From Perkinsus olseni (lineage: Eukaryota), in NCBI GenBank assembly GCA_013115125.1, contig JABANN010000064.1:62001-84636 (forward strand): a stretch of DNA of 22,636 bases, written 5' to 3'. The notes under the pieces were generated by a model. It did not search any database. It saw only the letters and a program-made list of their open reading frames with translations, and had not been told where the DNA came from. Position 1 is the stretch's first letter; each line of letters begins with the position of its first letter. A program made the translations under genes and the position numbers. Shown piece by piece: positions 10,210-19,655 of the stretch.

Positions 10210-12804
10210 TCATTGCAGACCGCCTCCCTCAGGACCAATCCCGGGCACCTGGGAAGATATTCAAACACCTCACGCCCCTACCGCAGCCATCACCTTGGGC
10301 AAGCTGTCCCTGAGCTGTTGCAGAGCCTTCTTGGTCGACGGCTCGAGATCGATGCGCACGAGCCCAAGCACAGGCGACTTCTCCTCGGCCTCTGGGCGTG
10401 CGTCCACAACCTAAGCCATAGGCCCATCCGTGGAAGTCCCATGTACCTCACTCACTCTAGCAGGGGTCTTCACGAGCGTCGGCGTGATCTTCCGCCGGCA
10501 CTTCTTCGTTACACCAGACGCCTTCGGTGCTGGAGGCTCCGTCGGCGTAGACGTCAGGGGCCGCTTCGCTGGGGAGCAGATCGAAGAGGTGAAGTTATCC
10601 TCGGGACCACGGGATGGCGGTCCGACGAAATTGGGGGCCTCGGCTCGGACGAAGTCCGCTGCGGCGGCGAAGACTGTCTGTATGACCGGAGACTGGACCT
10701 TCTGGGCGGGTATCTTCCATAAGATACAAGATAGCACGAAGCGGTTGAGGGGTGCTGCCTACCGCTGGGTGATCTCCTGTCAAGATGGCTTCAAGGGCCC
10801 TCGGTATCCTCTTGGCTGCGGCGGACGGTATTGGCTCGGCAGTAGTGCATTCTGTTGCTCTATCAGTATTAATTAGTGGCGCCTCCAATGGTGTTTTCCC
10901 GAGTGCTTTCTCCTCCGCTACCTGCAGTAGAGACGGTAGTAGTCGCTGGATCACAGGCCACTGACCTCAGGCACGCAAGGAGACCCTCCTAGGTCCGTAT
11001 CATCAAGGGAACACAGCGTGACGTAGCCGTCGCTGCCGGCCACCGCAAGGAACTACGACGCGGCTCTTCCATCAAAGTTAGCGGGAACTACTACTGGTGT
11101 ACCTTGCCAGTGCCATCGAACGCTAGGTCTACTATACTTGTACAGTGGAGGTCAGAGCCAGCAGCTCTCGGCAGTCTCCGGCCTGGACACGGACACGCCC
11201 TTAACCCGTGTGTAACAGCGAACTCTCACCTCCCGTAGTGAAGACGGAAGTGTCATACAAGACCAGCTGGGCCGCCGCAGTACCCACTGTGAATACGTAG
11301 TGAGGGGAGTGGCCGGGCGATCCGATGGGGGAGGGGAAAAACCTGCAACAAAGGCGCTGGCGGTTCCGGAGGGTGGTGGTGGGAGCGACCTCGAGCACAC
11401 CGTGGGAGAGACGGATCCGGAGTTTATTATTGCTGCCGGGTTGGAGAAGCCATCGCCCCTGGCGAGGACCAGGCAGCCATAGTCACCATGCGGTGTCAGG
11501 CAGCCCGGCACCAGCAGCAGCCGACCGTCTGGGGAGAAGCTGGGACGACTGAGAAACGGTGAGACAACACTCACAATGACCGCGATCATCAAAGAGGACT
11601 TTACCGGAAGAAGTGGGCGGTGGCGTCGTGAGCGTAGTGGCTGTCGTTAATGAAGATCTTCTCGCGGACCGTCCGCTCCGCTATGGAGGCCGGCACAGAG
11701 TCCTCCGCTCCCGGCCCCAGAGCCTCGTCAGTCAGGGCCTCGTTCCCCTCGGCCATCACTTTGGCATCGTACGTACGGATCACCGCCTTCGGGTAGAAGC
11801 TTTTCCTCTTGTTCCGAGCCCAAACTCGACAGGTGCGGTCCGCGCTGGTCGTGCAAATATATCGGTCCCTAGGGTCCCATGCAACTCCGAGCACTCTGAA
11901 CACCACTCCTACCAGTACCCCGCCGCCAGCCACCGGACTACCTTGAGGTGTGACCATCGAGCCGCTGTATCTGCTTGGCCGTGGCCACGTCCCACACCAC
12001 ACAAAGTTCCCTGTGGAGACATACTGCCAACTGCCGTCCGCTAGGGGACCATGCTATGCCCGACACCTAGTCGCGGAGGTGGGGATGGCGGTGGGAAGGC
12101 AGTAAGGACTAGTACCTCATCAAGGCAGTTGAGGGCCCTCGGCTGGGCCGTCCACTGCATCTCGCCCGTCAAAGGGGACTGACTGTAGACCCAGAAGACA
12201 ACTTGGCCATCATCTCCAGCAGAGGCCAGCACCGGAGGCTCTGAGGAGGATAGGGTGGCCAACACTGTGTGCCGGAGGGCTACCCACCTCCAGCGACGGG
12301 AGGGCCGAACCTCACGCACGTAACGCAGCCATGTGAGTGGCTCCCGATAAGCTCCTTGTGCATTCTAAAAACACACTAGGGCCATCTTCATAAACCAATA
12401 ACGAGTGCTGACATTAAGTGGGGGTCGCGAGCCATCACTGCCATCGGAGTGTCGATACCATCCTTCTCTACTGGACTGCTGCTGCTGCCATCGGGAGATG
12501 CTTGCGTGTTGGTATTGGCTGGTGAGGCCTCGGCTGGAGTGCCTTTCACGACCTTCCATAACCGAACGGCGGTGTCCGCACCACCAGTGGCACAGATAAC
12601 TTCATCGTCGCTATCACCGTCACTCGAGGTCTCACCTAAGCTCACTACCACTCGCCCCTCAGCCACCACCGGCAAGGCAACAGTACCGGGTTTAGCTTCA
12701 TTGCTCTTGGCTGGTGCGGGCCGATGCCAGAAGTCAACCGTGAAGACGTACTCCGGCTTGGAGCCCGCACCGTGGAAGAAGAGTTGTTGAGGGTACAGTC
12801 GCAT
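10210..12804 (-). CDS. CHAF1B: Chromatin assembly factor 1 subunit B (p60/Cac2-like WD40 protein), about 13 exons
   Basis: Spliced product contains ATGGADTAVRLW, HGCVTCVRF, LASAGDDG, IAWSPSG, GHTSRVLGVAWDP, TTSADRTCRVW, KIFINDS...FFRRPSFSPDGRLLLVP, LVLYDT, DLHCTSIVDLAFDGTGKFLAVAGSDGYV, then a disordered tail with RRKITPTLV. No C-terminal HIRA domain seen. The last exon (VPGIGPEGGGLQ*, stop 10210) is less certain. Confidence 0.85.
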
Positions 12805-12922
12805 GATACTTACAGTGCTGATAATAAAGTGTACTAAAAATGACCGAGAAAGGACACCCAGCCAAGTCAAGTCTGAGGCGACCATGAGAGAATCGATCAC
12901 ACTATTGAAGACATCATCATAG

Positions 12923-14593
12923 CTAGAAGCCTGGGAACATTCGAGTAACATAATCCTGGCCCCGGGTGGCAGCTAGTGTAGCCTCAATGGCTGCAACAGC
13001 GCCAGCCAAACCCTCATAGAGGGAGTAGGGCCGGTCAGCGAAGGACTCGCTTAGCCACTGTCCGTACCGCCCAGCGAAGAGAGCGAACTGCCTGGCCTTA
13101 CGGAGCCACGCCCGATCACCTAAGCGATGAGCATCGAGCAGACGAGCGGCAAGCCGGGGCCATTGCGGGTAACCACACCGCCAGTATGGCGTAGAGCTAC
13201 CCGAGGCCTAGTGCTAGGGAGCTCCTCTCGTCGGATAATATCTACTTTGGGTAATAGGAGCTTCCCGAAGGAGAAGCAGTGTTGACCAAGCCATGTTGAT
13301 TTACTACCTGTGTAAGAGTAGAGCGCAACCAATGCCATGCTACTCCCTCCAACGCCATGGCACAGCCCGGCTCCCTTCTCCGCAAGGAGCCCACGCTCAT
13401 ACACAACCTATGCACAGAGCTGCTGCTGGCTGCAGGGGTGGGGGAAGAGTAGGCGGTACCTCCCCCAGGCTGCATAGGATCTCCCTGATCCGAGAGAGGA
13501 GGGTCTCATGGTCCCTAGGCTTCAACTGAGCTATAGCTCCGCTCAACTGGATGAGGGCTGGAATCCACCCCGTCGCGCCGTGACACCAATGGACAAGCTT
13601 CCCTGTGGAGGGCAAGAGACAAATTAGGCGGACTTCATTGATAGTTGCTGTGTCAGCGAAAAACGTATCCTCTTTACAAGTCGAGATCAAGCGGGTGGCG
13701 CGCCGAATGACTGATCATTGTCCGAAGTGCTCGTGTCCTCAAGAATTCGCGCACAGGATGACTACTACCTCCCGAACGGCTCCCAACGCTCGACTCGATG
13801 TTCCCATTGCTGCATCTACAGTTGGCCAACACCCAGCTAACAGTCGCTATGAGCCTCTCCAGCAGCTGAGGACCATCCTCTGGGTCGAAGTGCCTTATGT
13901 ACTGGCATATTGTGTATACTATACCTTACATCGAAGCACCTCGACCAGGGCCGCGACAGCCCACCCCACCCCACCTGCCGAGCCATGAGCTGCCCCTAGG
14001 TAGGGTCTATCGTGCCACTCCCAGTGGTAATGGTCCCCTCTCCAATGTGCATCATCTACCATATCTCGCACAACACCCCGACAGCCCCTGCCCACATCAG
14101 CTCTGCTCGTCTCGGACAGCTGAGCGAAGTCTGTTATCCACAGCAAGGCGCTCAGGTAGCCAGCCCGACCATATAACACTTCACATTCCGACAGCGGCAA
14201 CTCGTGGACCGTTCGGGAAAAGTCTAGCAGCTCTCGAAGAGGTGCGCCGTGGTCCCCGGCTACGACCAGCAAGGCGCGATGAGCCACACCAGGGCCCTCA
14301 AGCAACGTAACCCGATGAGAGCTCAGCTGCGGCGCTCGAGAATGGCGAATAATGGCGCTCCAGTCACGAGCAGCGAACTCATGCAGTCCGTAGTGTTCAA
14401 GGGCCAGCTCCGTTAGAAGGCAGCCGAGAGACCCGACATAGATCGACCCCGGATCGGAAGCGTTGGCACGGAGCGTACCCAGCAGGGCTTTGAGAGCGTT
14501 CGAGAGGTCCGAGTCGGTAACCAGTTCCGGCAGATCACGGTTGATGTAGTATCTACCGTTACTCGATATACTGTAGGGGGGCCTGCTAGTCAT
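12923..14593 (-). CDS. LANCL: LanC-like protein (eukaryotic LanCL family), 404 aa, 5 exons
   Basis: Exons 14593-13975, 13924-13769, 13602-13460, 13407-13308, 13119-12923 in frame. Motifs SIYVG, EVLYGRAGYL, WEWHDRPYLGAAHG, LVHWCHGATG, ERGLLAEKGAGLCHG, DRPYSLYEGLAG and terminal FPGF*. Confidence 0.92.
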
Positions 14594-14675
14594 CCGGAGA
14601 AATGGGATCACATCCTTCACGGTGTCTATGACAGTGATCCAACTCGAGACTACAAAGTTACGTTGGAAACTAGGG

Positions 14676-15813
14676 TCATCCATTTTTCAAGCGGTTCAAA
14701 GCCTCACTATTTCTCTGCAGTTTTTGCTTCTTCTTGAGACGCTTCTTCTGACTTTTTGTAAGGCCCGCTAGATTGTCGATCGACTCAGTACTTGGAGTGG
14801 TTTGCCCAGCAGGTACCTCAGAGCAGCGTCTCCGCGGCCATTCCCGTATCGACTGGTAGTACCTTGGTATGTTTTCGGCCGATAGCGGCCCGGCCCTCAT
14901 CATCACTATCATCGCTCTCTGCTCTGGAAGCCTCCACCGCATCATCCTCGTCATCATCATCATCGTTCCGTCGTTTACCTGCCCAAGTCTCTAGCGAGTT
15001 TCGCGCGACTTGACCGAAGATACTCGTCAAAAAAGAGCCGAAGAAAGATCAAATGCGCAAATGCGAAATTTACCGCGTAATGCAGGAATCTGCGATCCCG
15101 AGGAACAGGGAAGAGTGCGAGCCTTCAATCCCGCGCTCACTATATCATAGTTCGAGGCCATCCATCAGTCACGCAGCCCTACCTGTGAGCTTCGCCCGAA
15201 GTTTTGCTCGCATATTGGCATCTTTGCGCATCTCTCTGATCATCTCTACGGTACAACCTAGGCCTGCAACACACACTGCTGAGGGAACGTCTCACGTGTT
15301 CCAGCAGATAACAACAGTTGACAGCACTCAGCATTCAAGGTACTCGTCTACCACTCCATGCGAAACTCGTCACGAATTCCGCATGTCCGCATGTTGTGGT
15401 CTCACGAGTTACTCGTGACAATACGCCAGTCCACTCTGCTCCGTCCAAAGCCGCAGACGATCAGATGACCACAGCACACAAACCCGCTCGACCCCCATGG
15501 AGTGTCAAGGTACTTCAGAGCTTCGAAGAATTGAACTAGAGGTATCGCCAGCAGGCACTAGCTCTACCGGACTTCCCTCGGCGGAGCCGTCGGCCAACTA
15601 CGGAATGACGACGCTGCCCTGCCACCCACCATTACTACCCATGCGCTCTGTTCGCATCCCATGCTTCGCAGTGTCAACTGCTTTCATCCACTGAGCTCGA
15701 AGAGGGTCCTCTTCGTCCTCGGGTGGGGTGTCGGCCATTGGATCATCATCGTCCTCATCCGACGAGGGACAGAACTCTATTGTTTTCGGACCGTGCGACT
15801 CATCAGAGCTCAT
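14676..15813 (-). CDS. Hypothetical acidic/Lys-rich protein, probably nuclear or nucleolar, multi-exon
   Basis: 5' exon MSSDESHGPKTIEF...DEDDDD. 3' exons join in frame: LGCTVEMIREMRKDANMRAKLRAKLT|VSAGLKAR...ALR|GKRRNDDDDDEDD...RKHTK|VPAGQ...LTKSQKKRLKKKQK...NG*. Middle exons (15300-15640) are ambiguous. Confidence 0.55.
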
Positions 15814-16454
15814 GACGGAACTAAAAGGGAATGGACTCAACCACAACCACAGCCACCTGCGAGACCCCCTTCCAGTACCCCCGGATAACTACAACCCAGA
15901 GTGTAGTTTTCCCGCGTACTCCCCACGGATTCAAATCAACTCCGAAATCGATTCAGAGTTTCAAAAACGTAGTGTCACCTTACCCGGATGCCAGCACGCA
16001 TCGCGCCATACTCGCGTTAGGAAAACGCAAGATTCCAAGTGGGATAGAAACGCATGTGCTGACATGCTTCGTGATGGGCACAGGTTGATAATTCTCACTG
16101 TGGATTCTCATGACTACCATTCCCAATATCTCGCTCCGTTGAGTTATTGCAATCCGAGTAGGATATGACTGTGTAATTGGGAACTCAATACCCAAGGATA
16201 ACAGGTACAAGTGTATAAGAAGATAAGTGGTAATGGAATAGTGTAGTACGCTTTACGTGAGCTAAGCTAAGATCTATGTCATGTCATCCCAGCTAACACA
16301 AGAGTATTACAGACTGGCAGGATATAAGAAGCAGTAATCCTGTGACACATATGCTACACGGCCAGTTAACGGGGACGTCTGCCTAAGTTGATTGGGAGTG
16401 CAGTTTGCGCTCCAGCCAGCGATCGTAGCAGCTACTCAGCCGTAGAGGAACATA

Positions 16455-16524
16455 TTGCCGAAAGTCCGACTTCTCAGTCGCCGACTCGGCGGTGGTGACG
16501 GCGCATTACCGCTTCTTTCGGCAA
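16455..16524 (+). repeat. Perfect 10-bp inverted repeat enclosing two further hairpins
   Basis: TTGCCGAAAG (16455-16464) and CTTTCGGCAA (16515-16524). Inner stems CGACT/AGTCG and GCGGTGGTG/CATTACCGC. Confidence 0.8.
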
Positions 16525-16666
16525 GTCATGGACCACAGTGTAGCGTGGTTCTCCAGTCGAACTTCCTTCAGGCCCCCGTGAATTCACGTTGAAGCACTAC
16601 CAGTTGAGCTCAACTATATCCTTCTCGCAGTTTTGTCTTAGGGCTCTCTTGGCCCCTTTTTTCCTC

Positions 16667-17266
16667 ATGATCTCTGATATCGATTCTGCTCAAGTGTGCA
16701 ACTATATTGATAACGGCTTCAAGCCGGCTGCAGTTGTCCAAGAAACTTCCCGACATGGCCATGCCACTACGCCAGCTTGCGCCGAGAGTGGCAATCTCGA
16801 GTATCGGCAACACCCCTGCAGCGATCTGGATAAGTCGATTATTACCTCGCCCCAGAGCAGATCTTCTGATCCTGATTCTAGACCGAAGCAGGGACGCCGT
16901 CGTAGACAACACCTCGCTCACAAGGGGGCGTATAAGACGGAATTATGTCGATGTGTGGTCGAAGGGACGCACTGTCGATTCGGTGCGCAGCGCTGTAAAT
17001 GGGCCCATAGCTTGCAAGAGCTCATCGATCGTCGTAATATGAGCTTGGAGTTCGGTATGGCAGATGATCTTCCTTCATTGATGCGCGGAAAGGCTACAGC
17101 TGTTGACAAAGACAACAAGGTGCCAGTTCGCCGTTACTCTCTGGAAGAACCATCTGATATGAGGAATCTTCTACCCATTTCTATTTGGGCGGAATTGTTG
17201 GTCTCTAGTTATGTGGCTGCTACTCCATCGACTTCGTCATCTCCTAACCGTACTGGCTATCGTTAG
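16667..17266 (+). CDS. CCCH zinc-finger RNA-binding protein with TIS11-type lead-in, single finger
   Basis: AYKTELCRCVVEGTHCRFGAQRCKWAHSLQEL in an uninterrupted ORF. First ATG at 16667 follows pyrimidine-rich AG acceptor-like sites (ttctcgcag, ttgtcttag). Confidence 0.8.
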   Translation: MISDIDSAQVCNYIDNGFKPAAVVQETSRHGHATTPACAESGNLEYRQHPCSDLDKSIITSPQSRSSDPDSRPKQGRRRRQHLAHKGAYKTELCRCVVEGTHCRFGAQRCKWAHSLQELIDRRNMSLEFGMADDLPSLMRGKATAVDKDNKVPVRRYSLEEPSDMRNLLPISIWAELLVSSYVAATPSTSSSPNRTGYR

Positions 17267-17412
17267 TCCCCCTCTCCACCACCCGCTACATCACAATGGC
17301 CCCTTCTATTGAATCAAGGACTTACTAATCATTTTGTCAGCGTGTGCTCGGCGGTGTTGATTATGGTGACCGTCGGATAATATCATTGGAGGATTGGTTT
17401 ACTGTATTATTG

Positions 17413-17696
17413 TCATTGAGATTCTAGCCGTACGGGATGGCCTTCAATGCGAGGTTTTTCCGGGGAATCTCCTATGTACTGGGCTACCCAGGCTGGATAC
17501 CTCCCTTTGGTTGGTAGTCGCCTCACCTCCTCATTGATGAGATCCAAGGGAACCTGATGACGTCCTTTGATGACCCTCCCTTGAAGGTCGACCATCCACC
17601 TCCAATCCAGCGATAAATCTATGATACTATTGTTACTAATGGCCTATCACTACTACTACAACAACCATTGTGACCATCAGTGAGCATCACTGCCAT
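17413..17696 (-). CDS. Possible small hypothetical protein (60-75 aa)
   Basis: ORF 17595-17413 has protein-like composition. It can be extended through a 56-nt GT-AG intron (17674-17619) to an ATG at 17696, but that donor is weak. Confidence 0.3.
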
Positions 17697-17881
17697 GCTT
17701 GTCGAGGTGTCGCGACTTCGTTCGTGGCATGGGATGTTCGTGGCCTTTTCATGGTTTTCGAAGCCTCACGCTGTCTGTTGCGGTCAGAGTCGAGATGGCT
17801 ACTCGAAATTCTCGGCACTCACCTCAGCTAAGCTTCCCTGTTTGTGCTGATTGCAGGACCTCTTTTGATGCAGCTTTTCGC

Positions 17882-19594
17882 ATGGCAGATGTTGTAAAAG
17901 CAGCGGCTCGTCCTTCGAGATCTGAGAGGAAAAGACCTCAGGCAGCACCGTCGGCTGATTCGGAAGTACTAAGGTGAGCCCGATTCAAGTGCTCTCTTCG
18001 GGCAAGGTTTGTACGGGGACTCAGGTATCTCATGTCGAAGAAGAGAGTGCGCCGAGCAGTTGCACTCGACTCTGAGGAGAGTAGTCCAGAGGAACGCGAG
18101 GCTAGCAGACTATTGCTCCTCTCGTCTATCGGCCATGCTCTATTGGACTCTAGCGAGCAGCATCCAACGGCAGTGAAGTCACCGAGGAATGTTCCCGACG
18201 GATTTGTCATGCCTTTGAAGCCGAAAGTTTCTAACCACCAACAAGGGCAGATTCATACGGAAATTCCGCGGATGACGACGAAGTATAATTCGACCAACAG
18301 TCGCGATTTGGTACCTCACGAGCTGCCTCCAGAAGCGTTTGGGGAGTATCCAAGTCTCGAGATCCACAACGTAGGGTTGGAGGTCTCGAACCGCCCGCCC
18401 GCGCCCTTAGATGGTACTCGCCAGCCCCCCAGTGCTTTGCTGCACATCACTCGTGATCCTCCTGCCGCCTACGATGACCTGTTTGGGTCTTCGCCGCCGT
18501 CTCAACCATCGATCGTACATACGGTCATTCCTTCCAATCGCCCCAAACCATCTGCACGTAATCACAGTCAATCGCCTGTCACAGTTGAATCGTCCGAAAC
18601 CTCAGAGGATGCCCGACCGAGCTCTCGATTCTCGAGCACTTCACATCAACGACAGCAGGCACTCTCGTCTGTCACATCAGAGCGGCCTCGTGAGTACAGT
18701 GGCGGTCTAGCAAAACCTGCGGGTGCTCAGCAGACCATCGCCAACACAGTAGTAGCGGCCGAGCCACGACCAGGCAAGCAGAGGGATGCAGCAGCCGGAG
18801 TGGAAGAGCCCGTGGAGACGACTGCGATGAGAGAGAATCGACCATCCTCAGTGGGAGACAAGCCGGATTCACCAGATCGGGTCATATGCGATTCAGCAGC
18901 TGAGGTCTCACATATGCGACCTCGTTCGCCCGCGAAGGGTTCGAAGTCTCCAAGGAGGAGCTCTCATGATCAACTGCCGCCTGACGGAAATAATACTTCC
19001 GATCGTCCGACCAGCGAAGAAGGCCCAGAAGGTTTCGGAAGGGAAGTGAAACCGGCAGCGAAAGCAACCTCTGTTCTCGACTTGGGTGGAGTCCTTGAAT
19101 CCGGGGATGATGAGGGTGTGTGCTTCGGCCCTCGTCCTCCAGGGGATCTCAGTCCGGCAGCTATGGGTCTCATCGAGGACTACGTACCGGGGCACGAGGT
19201 CATCGACCTGGACGATTCTGATGGAGAGGAGTCGCCTGCGATGTCTGTGGAACTGAGAGATCGGAAGAGTCCTCGGGTGAAAGAATTGACTGAGGATGAG
19301 GAAGCTTGTCTATTCGAGGATGCTGGAGGCAATGCCAAGCAGGAGAACGCTCCTCCGCCTGCCGAAGCTGATGCATCGGAGGGTCCGGTTGAGGAAGTAA
19401 TCGTGATAGATCTTGATGGCGAAGAGGACGAGGTGGCAGGCCGATTGTCTCCCCGAGGCGGTGCGTACTCTGTGATCAGCTCGATGGATGCTGCAGACAA
19501 TGAAGTAGAGGATTTGGGTGAGGCCCCCTAGATCCGATTGAGAGTCGTCTTTGCATCTATGTACCACTTATTAACATTAGTCTGTGTTTCTTAA
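17882..19594 (+). CDS. Intrinsically disordered Ser/Pro/acidic protein with several SIM-like motifs
   Basis: Exons 17882-17973, 18025-19517, 19581-19594 are phase-consistent (EVLR|YLMSKKRVRR ... EDL|VCVS*). NLS-like KKRVRR. Motifs VLDL, VIDLDDSD, VIVIDLDGEEDE. Confidence 0.7.
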
Positions 19595-19655
19595 CCCTCC
19601 GCCGATCTGCGTTCGTTGTTCGGCTCTTCTGGACGGTTTCTTCAGCATTTTTCCG

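Noticed and set aside
8069..12790. Numerous plus-strand ORFs in the track
   Set aside because: Antisense shadows of GC-rich minus-strand exons.
10210..12804. HIRA as an alternative identity
   Set aside because: No C-terminal HIRA domain was seen, and the KIFxxDS...FFRR, LYDT and LH motifs fit p60.
12805..12951. Apparent LanCL-CAF1B fusion or N-terminal extension (ORF from 12951)
   Set aside because: LanCL is in a different frame and stops at FPGF*-12923. The CAF-1 p60-like sequence begins at ATG 12804.
12923..15813. Lanthipeptide biosynthetic cluster around LanCL
   Set aside because: The gene is an intron-containing eukaryotic type, and no dehydratase, kinase-cyclase or Cys/Ser/Thr-rich precursor is evident.
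16402..16490. Scattered resemblance to U4 snRNA (tttgcgc, atcgtagc, tattgc, cgactt..agtcg)
   Set aside because: No U6-pairing UGCUAAU, no intact 5' kink-turn stem and no Sm site.
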